Of a stretch of DNA of 64,000 bases, positions 10,652 through 22,309 are shown in pieces; the first letter of the stretch is position 1; the number at the start of each line of letters is the position of its first letter. The DNA lies in assembly GCA_963695095.1 (NCBI GenBank), contig CAVOFT010000001.1:3008001-3072000 (forward strand), in the 5' to 3' direction. The stretch comes from an uncultured bacterium. GTDB lineage: Bacteria > Krumholzibacteriota > Krumholzibacteriia > JACNKJ01. The position numbers and the translations under genes were made by a program. The notes beneath the pieces are model-generated. The model had not been told where the DNA came from. It was given only the letters and a program-made list of their open reading frames with translations, and did no database searches.

Positions 10652-13600
10652 AGACGCTCCGCCACGCCGCCCTGCTCGCCGCCCTCGCGCTCGGCATGGG
10701 AACCGCCAGCACTCTGGCCGATCCGCTGGCTCCCAGCCGCGGCGAGTCCAGCCCGGCCGACATCGCGGCCGCTCGCCTGGAAGCCGCTCAGGCCCCGTTG
10801 GGGCAGGATCCGAGCGTCTGGGAGGACGTCGAGGGCATGGCCGAAGAGGCCAACCTGCGCGACGGCCTCAGCGGCCGCGCCAACGACGACAACGACACCG
10901 CGCACTACGGCCGCGGCAGCACGCTCGTCATCCACATCTTCATCAGCCATGACGGCGGCACCTGGACGGGCACGGACATGGACGCCGCCAACGCCAAGGC
11001 GATCGTCGCCAAGGACTTCTTCATCGACAACGCGCCCTACGGCGCCAACCTCAGCTTCGACAACCAGGGCGGCGGCACCTACTGGTTCTATCACGCCGAC
11101 CTACCCTACACGATCGGTGACAGCGGCACCAACGACACCGTTGTCAACGACGCGCTCATCGCCCTCGGCTTCGGCGATGCCGACGGCGACGGCACCCGCG
11201 TGGACGACCTCACCTTCTACTTGCAGAACTGGGATGGCGGCTACGACAACGTGATCGCCTCCTTCCAGGTGCACGTGACCGGCCGCGCCTGGGCCAGCTA
11301 CGGCACCGCGCAGATCCGTCTCTATCTCGACAGCAACGGCAATGTCTGGGCCCACGAGATGGGCCACAGCTTCGGCGCCTGCGACGAGTACGTCGAGGGC
11401 GGCCAGTGCAACGGCGGCATCAACTGCGGCCTCTGCCAGAGCTGGTACCTCGACTATGACGTCAACAACGGCAACTGCCAGCTGGCGAGCTGCCCCATCG
11501 ACGTCAGCTGCGTGATGATCAACAACACCTTCACCAACATCTGCGACTACACGCGCCAGCACTGGGCCTGGTGGGACGGCAACGGCGACAGCCAGCTCGA
11601 CATCGTCGAGCGGCGCGTCACCGGCAGCACCTTCACCAATATCTGGGAGCTCTGGCACAACGGCTGGTTCTACTGGAACAACGTCGACGAGGGGATGGCC
11701 GTCCACCAGCGCTGGAACACCTGGTCGGTGGTCGGCCTGCGCAGTCCGGCGACGGCCGACTACGACCCCTATCTGTACCTGGACAACAACCACAACAACT
11801 ACGTGGCCAACTCCTACACCGGCTTCCCGGTGGACTTCATCGTCGGCGACTACAACCACAACCGTGCCGGCAACGAGCACGTCGAGGTGCGCCGCTACTC
11901 GGGCGACACGGCCGGCTACAACCTCACCTTCGAGAGCGGCACGAGCATGCTCTATCCCGACGGCATCTCGCGCTCGGTGAGCTGGAGCGACTACAACGTC
12001 GTGCGCGTCTGGGATGTGCCGCTCTTCGCGGGCGAGGAGCTGACCTTCTACGCCTGGAATCTGAGCGCGGGCATGGACGTGGGCCTCGCGCTCTACAAGA
12101 GCAACGGCGCCACCTACTTCGCCGGCCGCACCAGCGCGGTGGCCAGCGCCGACGCCTACGGGGCCGGCTCGGGCGAGTCCTTCACCTTCCTGGTGCCGGC
12201 GGACGACGTCTACGGCCTCGTCGCCTGGAGCAACAGCACGGTGAACGGCAGCTTCGAGATCCAGATCGGCCCGACGCCCTACACGCTGGCGGAGGAGACG
12301 CCCTTCCTCTCGGCGCTCGACCTGCGCCTGTTCAACTACGACCCCAACGCCTACTACTGGTCGGTGGTCGGCACGCGTCCCTACGCCGGCACGGACGTGA
12401 CGGGCGCGCTCTATGCGGACCAGAACTACCTCAGCCTGCTCGAGACCTCGAGCGAGTACATTCCCGGCTCGGCGGAGCTCGTGGCCGTGGACTACAACTA
12501 CGCCCCCCTCAACCGCGACCACTGGCGCGTGAACCGCACCAGCGGCACGGGGAACCACACCACGGAGTGGGAGCACGACCCGGAGATCCTGTCGGGCTAT
12601 ACCGGCAGCCTCACCTGGGCCCATGACCACGTGGCGAAGATCTGGGACTTCTACGGCAACGCCGGCCAGAACTACTTCTTCCGCGAGTACCAGAGCGACC
12701 CCGATCTCGACACGGCGCTCTACCTGTACAGCAACAACGGCGGCGACTACTACAAGCGGCGCGCCAGCTTCATCGGGCTGTCGAACTACCACCCGCCGGC
12801 AGACGGCGGCGAGTGGTTCAACGCCACGGCGCCGGCGACGGGCTGGCTCGGCTTCGTCACCGTCACCGAGGACGAGTATGACGGCGGCTACGCGATCATG
12901 GCCGGCCCCGACATCGCCCTCAGCGAAGACGTGGCGGACACCCGCTACGACGAGATCGTCTTCGCCAGCAACACCGTGCCCTGGGCCTGGTGGACGGTCT
13001 TCGGCGTGCGGCCGGCCTCGGGCAGCGAGGCCAGCGTCTGGCTCTACGGCGACGACGCCTACACGATCAGCACGCTGGCCGTGAGCGACCAGTCCGGCGG
13101 CGGCGTGGACTTCGTCGTCGGCGACTACAACCACATCGGCAGCGGCGGGACGGTCTATCCGCGCTTCTATCGCCGGGCCGGCTTCGGCGAGATGGACATG
13201 GAGTTCGAAAGCGGCGGCGAGACGCTGAGCTTCGCCGCGGGCGGCGCGAACTTCTACGATCTCGATTGGCCGGCCGGGGACGTCGTCGAGATCTGGGACC
13301 TCTGGCTCTACGACGGCGACGAGCTCCGGCTCAGGGTGGAGGATCTCACGCGCGGCTCGCTCGACTTCGGCGTGGCCCTCTTCGCCTCGAACGGCGCGGC
13401 CTACTACGCGAGCGAGGAAGGCGCCGCCGTCAGCGCCGACAACGAGGGCGTGGGCGGCCCGGAGTTCATCGACTTCACGGCGGATCACGCCGACTGGTAC
13501 GGCGTCGTCGTCTACAACCAGAACGACGAGGGCGGCGCCTACCGGATCACCGTGCAGGATCGGACGACCGTGGCCGTGGGCGACCTGCCGCTGCCGCAGC

Positions 13601-13875
13601 GCTTCGCCCTGCAGCCGGCCTCGGCCAACCCCTTCGCCGGCGACGTGCTCCTGCGCTACAGCCTGCCCCGCGAGAGCGCGGCGGCCATCGATATCTTCGA
13701 CGTCAACGGCCGCCGCGTGCGCAGGCTGCTGGACGGCTCCGCGCCGGCCGGCAATCACCTGCTCACCTGGGACGGCAAGAGCGACGCCGGCGAGATCCTG
13801 CCCGGCGGCGTCTACCTGGCCCGCCTGCGGGCCGGCGGCGAGTCGCACAGCGCCAAGCTGGTGCGCGTGCGCTAG
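10648..13875 (+). CDS. Secreted zinc metalloprotease with internal repeats and C-terminal FlgD-Ig/T9SS-like domain
   Basis: Signal peptide; AHEMGHSFGACDEY zincin motif; C-terminal ANPF...IFDVNGRRVRRL...TWDGKSDAG...GVYLARL. Confidence 0.85.
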   Translation: MKTLRHAALLAALALGMGTASTLADPLAPSRGESSPADIAAARLEAAQAPLGQDPSVWEDVEGMAEEANLRDGLSGRANDDNDTAHYGRGSTLVIHIFISHDGGTWTGTDMDAANAKAIVAKDFFIDNAPYGANLSFDNQGGGTYWFYHADLPYTIGDSGTNDTVVNDALIALGFGDADGDGTRVDDLTFYLQNWDGGYDNVIASFQVHVTGRAWASYGTAQIRLYLDSNGNVWAHEMGHSFGACDEYVEGGQCNGGINCGLCQSWYLDYDVNNGNCQLASCPIDVSCVMINNTFTNICDYTRQHWAWWDGNGDSQLDIVERRVTGSTFTNIWELWHNGWFYWNNVDEGMAVHQRWNTWSVVGLRSPATADYDPYLYLDNNHNNYVANSYTGFPVDFIVGDYNHNRAGNEHVEVRRYSGDTAGYNLTFESGTSMLYPDGISRSVSWSDYNVVRVWDVPLFAGEELTFYAWNLSAGMDVGLALYKSNGATYFAGRTSAVASADAYGAGSGESFTFLVPADDVYGLVAWSNSTVNGSFEIQIGPTPYTLAEETPFLSALDLRLFNYDPNAYYWSVVGTRPYAGTDVTGALYADQNYLSLLETSSEYIPGSAELVAVDYNYAPLNRDHWRVNRTSGTGNHTTEWEHDPEILSGYTGSLTWAHDHVAKIWDFYGNAGQNYFFREYQSDPDLDTALYLYSNNGGDYYKRRASFIGLSNYHPPADGGEWFNATAPATGWLGFVTVTEDEYDGGYAIMAGPDIALSEDVADTRYDEIVFASNTVPWAWWTVFGVRPASGSEASVWLYGDDAYTISTLAVSDQSGGGVDFVVGDYNHIGSGGTVYPRFYRRAGFGEMDMEFESGGETLSFAAGGANFYDLDWPAGDVVEIWDLWLYDGDELRLRVEDLTRGSLDFGVALFASNGAAYYASEEGAAVSADNEGVGGPEFIDFTADHADWYGVVVYNQNDEGGAYRITVQDRTTVAVGDLPLPQRFALQPASANPFAGDVLLRYSLPRESAAAIDIFDVNGRRVRRLLDGSAPAGNHLLTWDGKSDAGEILPGGVYLARLRAGGESHSAKLVRVR

Positions 13876-13901
13876 GGCCGCGCACGATCCTGTTCACCGA
13901 A

Positions 13902-13933
13902 GGGGCCGCCGGCGTTTGCCGGCGGCCCCCTTT
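13902..13933 (+). terminator. Intrinsic terminator
   Basis: GGGGCCGCCGGC-GTTT-GCCGGCGGCCCC followed by CTTT. Confidence 0.75.
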
Positions 13934-13978
13934 GCGTCGATGGCCGTGGCGTGAGGTCGACTTGCCTTCGTCCGTCGG

Positions 13979-14148
13979 GAGGCATGCGCATCGCAGGGAA
14001 CGGCGCCACCTGGGCGGAGGGTCGACGGATCGAGGCGAGGGCAAGGCTGCTGTTAGCGCCCTTTGCCGCCCTGGCCGCGGCAGAGTGTACACGTGTACAA
14101 AATGAACCGCCCTACCAGGTAGTGATCCACCGCTACGAGGAACGCGGC
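13979..14148 (+). pseudogene. Intergenic fragment of an HNH-family gene centred on palindrome copy 2 (14086-14099)
   Basis: Translates EARARLLLAPFAALAAAECTRVQNEPPYQVVIHRYEERG versus HNH EAKEELLLAAFAALAEAECTRVQSEAPYQVVIYRCEECG. Confidence 0.9.
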
Positions 14149-14339
14149 CCGATCCGAGCGGCCGGCGCCGCAGCGTTTTCCGGAGTGCCGATGGGCTGCG
14201 CAGCGGAGTTCGCGGCAGGTCCTCACGAATCTGGACCAATCCCGTGCGTTTTCGCCTTGCGCCCCCCGCGGGGGCTTAGTAGCTTCTCTTCGCAAACAGC
14301 ACCGATGCAGTCCAAATTGAACCAAGTCGCAGCAATTCC

Positions 14340-14770
14340 ATGATCCGCGTCGCCAAGCTCACCGACTACGGCATCGCCCTGATGACCCGGCTGGCCCAGG
14401 AGCCGCCGGGCAGCGTCACGGCCCGGGACCTCGCCGAGGCCCTGGGCCTGCCCCTGCCCACGGTGAGCAAGCTGCTCAAGTTGCTCGCGCGGCAGGAGCT
14501 GCTCAACTCCCAGCGCGGCGCCAAGGGCGGCTACACCCTGGCGCGACCGGCGGAGGCGATCACCCTGGCCGAGCTGGTCGGCGCCCTCGAGGGACCCGTG
14601 GCCGTCACCGAGTGCGCGAGCGAGGCGGGCTGCACCTGCGGACTGGAGCCCACCTGCGATGTGCGCGAGAACTGGGGCTGGATCAACCGCCAGGTGATGG
14701 GCGCCCTGGAGAACGTCACCCTGCGCCAGATGGCCGGCTCGCTGGCCGGCAAGCAGGGCAGGAGGTCCTG

Positions 14771-14771
<1 letters not shown>
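14340..14771 (+). CDS. SUF system Rrf2-family Fe-S regulator
   Basis: [25 protein letters not shown], Cys motif; first gene of the suf operon. Confidence 0.92.
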
Positions 14772-16266
<1,495 letters not shown>

Positions 16267-16305
16267 GGCCGCGCGCCCGCGAGCCGCAAAGGAGTGACGA
16301 AGCGC

Positions 16306-17065
<760 letters not shown>

Positions 17066-17090
17066 ACGGACAGCGGGAGAAAGGCGGAGC

Positions 17091-18453
17091 ATGAGCAAGC
17101 AGAGCGAGACGCAGGGGAAGAGCGCCGCCGGCAGCGCCGCCACCCTGATCGCGGACTTCCCCGCCTTCGCCGCCGCCCGCCGCGAGGAGCCCGCGCTGGG
17201 CGACCTGCGCGCGGCCGCCGCGGCGCGCTTCGCGGCCGCCGGCCTGCCGGGCCGCGGGCGCGAGGACTGGAAGTACACCGACCTCAGGCCCTTCGCGGCC
17301 GCCGCCTGGCGGGGCCAGCCCGCCGAGACCGGCGCCGCGGAGCTCGCCGCCGCGCGGCAGGCGCTCGCCGGGCTCACGGCCCTGGCCAGCCATCGCTTCG
17401 TCCTCGTCGATGGCCGCTACCGGCCCGAGCTCTCGGCCCCGGGCGAGCTGCCCGCGGGCCTCGTCGCGACTGCCGCTCGCCGCCGTCAGCCCCAAGCGCC
17501 TGATCGCCGCCGGGCTCGGCCGGCTCACGGCGGCCCCCGACGCCGACTTCGCCGCCCTCAACAGCGCCTGGTGGCAGGACGGCCTGCTGATCGAGATCGC
17601 CCCCGGTGCAGAGCCGGCCCTGCCCGTCGAGCTGATCCACATCAGCAGCGGCGCGGCGACGGGGCGCATGCTCGCTCCCCGGCTCCTGGTCGGCGCCGGC
17701 GAGGGCAGCAAGAGCCGCGTGATCGAGCGCTTCCTGAGCGCCGGCGAGGGCGCCCACTTCACGAACGCCGTCGGCGAGCTCTTCATCGGCGAGGAGGCCG
17801 CGCTCGAGCATCTCAAGCTGCTCGGCGAGAGCGCCGCCGCCTGGCACATCGGCGCCAGCCATGTCGAGCAGGGCGCGCGCAGCCGCTACGCCTCGCAGGA
17901 GATCCTCCTCGGCGGCGCCCTGGCGCGCCGCGAGCTGCAGCTCACCCTCGCCGGCAGCGGCGCCCACTGCAATCTCGAGGCCCTCTACCTCGGCGACGGC
18001 GACGAGCGCCGCGATCTGCGCACGCGCGTGCGCCACGACGCGCCCGACTGCCGGACCCAGGAGCTGTACAAGGGCATCCTGAACGGGCGTGCGCGCGGCA
18101 TCTTCGACGGGCTGATCTACGTGGCCGAGGACGCCCAGAAGACCGACGCCCGCCAGACCAATCGCAACCTGCTGCTGTCGCCGGAGGCCACCGCCTACAG
18201 CATGCCCCGCCTGGAGATCTACGCCGACGACGTGAAGTGCACGCACGGGTCGACCACCGGCCAGATCAGCGACGAGCAGCTCTTCTATCTGCGCACGCGC
18301 GGATTTTCGGCCGAGGCGGCGCGCGCGCTGCTCACCTACGCCTTCGCCAGCGAGCTGCTCGAATCGATCGCGCCGCCGGCCCTGCGCCAGGAGCTGACGG
18401 CGGCCCTGCTCGCGCGCCTGCCGCAGAGCGCGCTCATCGAGGTGGCGCCATGA
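17091..18453 (+). CDS. sufD: Fe-S assembly protein SufD, frameshifted
   Basis: [44 protein letters not shown]. Confidence 0.93.
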
Positions 18454-19769
18454 GCATGGGCAGGCGCCTGGATGCGGACTTCGCGACCGACCCGCCGGGG
18501 GCCGCGCGACTGGAAGCGCGAGCGCCGGGCCGCCGCCGCGACGAGGCCCTGCTCGCCGAGGGCCTGCGCGCCGACTTCCCCATCTTCCAGCACCGCGGTG
18601 CGCGGACGCGAGCTGGTCTACCTGGACAGCGCGGCCAGCGCGCAGAAGCCGCAGGTCGTGCTGGACACCCTGCACCGCTTCTACAGCGAGGGCTACGCGA
18701 ACATCCACCGCGGCGTCTATCTGCTCAGCGAGGAGGCGACGCGCATCTACGAGGGCACGCGCGAGAAGGTGCGCCGGCTGCTGGGCGCCCGCGAGACGCG
18801 CGAGATCGTCTTCCTGCGCGGCACCACCGAGGGCATCAACCTGCTCGCGCAGACCCTCGGCCGCCAGCGCGTGGGCGCCGGCGACGAGATCCTCCTCACG
18901 CACATGGAGCACCACTCGAACATCGTGCCCTGGCAGATGCTCTGCGAGGCGGTAGGAGCGAAGCTGACCGTCGCTCCCATCGACGAGCGCGGGCGTGCTC
19001 GACCTCGAGGCCTGGACGCGGCTGCTCTCCCCGCGCACGAAGCTGGTGGCCGCCGTGCACGTGTCCAACGCCCTGGGCACGGTGAATCCGATCAAGCAGA
19101 TGGCGGCGCTCGCGCACGAGCGCGGGATCCCGGTGGTCGTCGACGGCGCCCAGGCCGTGCCGCACCTGGCCGTCGACGTGCAGGACCTGGACTGCGACTT
19201 CTACGTGTTCAGCGGACACAAGCTCTACGGGCCGACGGGCATCGGCATCCTCTACGGCAAGGCCGCCCTGCTCGAGGAGCTGCCGCCCTACCAGGGCGGG
19301 GGCGACATGATCCGCTCCGTCACCTTCGCGAAGACGAGCTTCGCGCCGCCGCCCTACCGCTTCGAGGCCGGCACGCCGGACATCGCGGGCGCCATCGGGC
19401 TCGGCGCGGCGATCTACTACGTGGAGTCGATCGGCTTCGAGGCCATCGCCGCCCACGAGCAGGCGCTGCTCGCCCACGGCACGGCGCTGCTCGAGGCCAT
19501 CCCCGGCCTGCGCCTGATCGGCACCGCCCCCGGGAAGGCTGGGCGTGCTCTCCTTCGTGATGGAGGGCGTGCACCCCCACGACATCGGCACCATCCTGGA
19601 CGGCGAGGGCATCTGCGTGCGCGCGGGCCACCACTGCGCGCAGCCGGTGATGGAGCGCTTCGGCGTGCCGGCCACCACGCGCGCCTCGCTGGGCCTCTAC
19701 AACACGACGGCGGACCTGGACGCCCTGGCGGCCGGGCTCCACAAGATCCGGGAGCTCTTTCCGCGATGA
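18450..19769 (+). CDS. sufS: Cysteine desulfurase SufS, frameshifted
   Basis: [44 protein letters not shown]. Confidence 0.95.
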
Positions 19770-20230
19770 GCGACCTGCGCGACCTCTACCAGGAGCTGAT
19801 CCTCGACCACGGGCGCAATCCCCGCAACCGCCGCCGCATCGAGGGCTGCGCCGAGGGCCACGCCGGCTGCCGCCGCGCCGAGGGCCACAATCCCCTCTGC
19901 GGCGACAAGCTCACGCTCTACCTGAAGACCGAGGGCGAGCGCGTGGCCGACCTCGCCTTCGAGGGCGCGGGCTGTGCGATCTTCACGGCCTCGTCCTCGC
20001 TGCTCACGGATGCCCTGCGCGGCAAGACCGTCGCCGAAGCGCGGGCGCTCCTGCACGACTTCCTCGCCATGCTCACGGACGAGGAGGCCATGGCCGACCC
20101 CGAGCGGCTGGGCAAGCTGGCCGTCTTCGCCGGCGTGCGCGGCTACCCGGTGCGGGTCAAGTGCGCCGCCCTGGCCTGGCGAACCCTGGAGGCGGCGCTC
20201 GACGGCGCCGCCGAAGCCAGCACGGAGTGA
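19766..20230 (+). CDS. sufU: SufU/NifU-type Fe-S scaffold or sulfur transfer protein
   Basis: [31 protein letters not shown]. Confidence 0.92.
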   Translation: MSDLRDLYQELILDHGRNPRNRRRIEGCAEGHAGCRRAEGHNPLCGDKLTLYLKTEGERVADLAFEGAGCAIFTASSSLLTDALRGKTVAEARALLHDFLAMLTDEEAMADPERLGKLAVFAGVRGYPVRVKCAALAWRTLEAALDGAAEASTE

Positions 20231-20232
20231 AC

Positions 20233-20598
20233 ATGGACGGCAAGCCCGACAAGCAGACCCCCGCCGCGAACGCCGAGGAGCTCCAACCCGCCGAAGCCAT
20301 GCGCGAGGCGGCCATCGACGTGCTGCGCACGGTCTTCGATCCGGAGATCCCCGTGAACATCTGGGAGCTGGGGCTGGTCTACGCGGTGGAAGCCGACGCG
20401 GCCGCCGGTGAGTTGCACGTGACAATGACGCTCACCTCGCCCGCCTGCCCCGTGGCCGGCACCCTGCCCGGCGAGGTGGAGCGCAAGCTCGCCGGCGTGC
20501 CCGGCGTCAAGTCGGCCCGCGTCGAGCTCACCTGGGAGCCCGCCTGGACCGTGGCGATGATGTCCGACAGCGCGCGCCTGGAGCTGGGCTTCCTCTAG
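20233..20598 (+). CDS. DUF59/SufT-like Fe-S assembly protein
   Basis: FDPEIPVNIWELGLVY, MTLTSPACP, ARLELG. Confidence 0.9.
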   Translation: MDGKPDKQTPAANAEELQPAEAMREAAIDVLRTVFDPEIPVNIWELGLVYAVEADAAAGELHVTMTLTSPACPVAGTLPGEVERKLAGVPGVKSARVELTWEPAWTVAMMSDSARLELGFL

Positions 20599-20606
20599 CC
20601 GCCCGC

Positions 20607-21899
20607 CTAGCGCGGAAACTCCGGCGCCGGCTGCGGCATGAGCGTCACCGGAATCAGGGTCAGGTTCCCCGCCTCGGTGCCCGGGCAGTAGCCCTTCCGC
20701 GCCGGACCGGGCTTGCCCTTCTCGCGCAGGATGAAACAGCAATCGTCGCCGCTCGAGGCGCCGTGCTCGCTGCCCGTCGTCGCCGCAGGTCCCAGCCACC
20801 ACAACTCGATGCGCTGGCGCGGATCCAGCTCGTAGGCCTCTTCGGCCAGGCCGGCCGCGCGGGCGTGCACCGTGTCGACGAGGTTGCTGGTCTGCGCCGA
20901 CGGCAGCCCGGCCTGCTCCAGGCTCGCGCGCACCCAGCCGCGCAGCTCGCCGAGGGCTTCGATGCTGGCGGGCAGCTGAAGTCGCTTGCCCTCCTTCTGC
21001 GCGCGGGCCAGCCGGCGCAGGATCTCCCGCTCGGCCGCGCTCGGCCCCGCCGCGTTCGCGCTCGCCGCGCCCGCGGCGCCGGCCGCAGCGGGCGCACTCC
21101 CCGCCGCCGACGCGGGCTCGGCCTGCGGCGCGCGCTGCTCGGCCAGGCGAGCCCCCAGCCCATTGAAGGCCTCCAGCAATTCGATCAGCTCGCGACAGCC
21201 GCCCGCGGGCAGCGCCAGTTCCACGGGCTTGCGGTCCAGCTGATCGAGCCCCGCGCGCAGGCGCGCGAGCGGCGCGAGCAAGCGTCTGAGCGCGAGCCCG
21301 AGGCCGCCGACGATCAGCATCAGCAGGAGCCCCAGCATCAGCAGCCGCTCGACCAGCGCCGTGCGGGCGCGCGCGGCCAGCGCCTGGCGATCGAAGCCCA
21401 CGAGCGCGCGGCCGAGGCGAGCGCCCTCGCGGTCGAGCACCGGCGATTCGGCGAGAAGCAGGCTGGGGCCTTCGCCGAGCGTCTCGCCCGGGCGCAGCAC
21501 CTGGCCCGCCGCCAGGGGCCTGGCGGGCTCCGGCGCCGCGAAGCGCTCGCCCACCCGCCGCGGATCGACATGGCCCTTGATCTCGCCGCGGGCGTTGACC
21601 ACGACCGCGTAGACCAGGCTGGGATCTTCCTTCTGCAGCGTGCCGACGAAGGGCTGCAGGACGAGCGCCGGCGTGGGCCCCGCCAGCGCCGGCCCGCTCG
21701 CCAGCGCGAGATGTCGGGCGCTCATCAGGAGCCGCGCGCGCTGCTCCGTCGCTGCGCTGGAGGCGCTCTGCCAGCCGGCCAGCAGGGCCGCGGCGACGAG
21801 CGCCATCACGACGACCAGGGCGCCGGCCGCGATGATCAGGTGGCGCAGGCCGAGGCGCCGCGGTCGGAACATCGCACGCTTGACTGGCTTCGCGGGCAT
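20607..21899 (-). CDS. Membrane HAMP protein with degenerate anti-sigma kinase domain (paralog of 22299-24386 lacking SpoIIE)
   Basis: Shares LRPGETLGEG.LLLAESPVL and TEAGNLTL with the 695-aa protein. Confidence 0.75.
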   Translation of the reverse strand: MPAKPVKRAMFRPRRLGLRHLIIAAGALVVVMALVAAALLAGWQSASSAATEQRARLLMSARHLALASGPALAGPTPALVLQPFVGTLQKEDPSLVYAVVVNARGEIKGHVDPRRVGERFAAPEPARPLAAGQVLRPGETLGEGPSLLLAESPVLDREGARLGRALVGFDRQALAARARTALVERLLMLGLLLMLIVGGLGLALRRLLAPLARLRAGLDQLDRKPVELALPAGGCRELIELLEAFNGLGARLAEQRAPQAEPASAAGSAPAAAGAAGAASANAAGPSAAEREILRRLARAQKEGKRLQLPASIEALGELRGWVRASLEQAGLPSAQTSNLVDTVHARAAGLAEEAYELDPRQRIELWWLGPAATTGSEHGASSGDDCCFILREKGKPGPARKGYCPGTEAGNLTLIPVTLMPQPAPEFPR

Positions 21900-21961
21900 C
21901 AGCCCACCTCCTTGCGACCCGTCGGCCGGCGGCCGCAGGGGCCGCCGCGGAAGAGCGCGGC

Positions 21962-22309
21962 TTAGCGGGGAACGGCCAGCGCCGCCTCGCAGCTGTCGTA
22001 GATGGCCAGATACGGCTCGAGGTTCAGCAGTTGAATCACCGAGCGCACCGCCGGCGAGATCGGCGCCAGGTAGAGCGCGCCGTCCTTGCCGAATTCCTCC
22101 GTGAGCGCCAGCAGCGCGCCGATGCCGCTGGACGCCACGAAGCTCACCTCGCCCAGGTCCAGGGCGAGATGCTTGTGGCCGGCGCCGCGGGCTTCGAGGC
22201 AGCGCCGCCGCAGCTCCTGCGCGGCGCTGGCGTCCAGGCGGCCGCTCGCCTTGAACAGCGCGACGGGACCGTGGGTGCTCAGCGGCGACAGCGTGAAATC
22301 AGCGAGCAT
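21962..22309 (-). CDS. STAS anti-sigma factor antagonist (RsbV/SpoIIAA-like)
   Basis: SGRLDA...LDLGEVSFVASSGIGALL. Confidence 0.9.
   Translation of the reverse strand: MLADFTLSPLSTHGPVALFKASGRLDASAAQELRRRCLEARGAGHKHLALDLGEVSFVASSGIGALLALTEEFGKDGALYLAPISPAVRSVIQLLNLEPYLAIYDSCEAALAVPR

Noticed and set aside
6134..13848. Long antisense and alternative-frame ORFs (e.g. 6134-8749 minus, 11101-13848 minus, 5' part of 7216-9849)
   Set aside because: Shadow ORFs caused by high GC and codon bias of the real genes.
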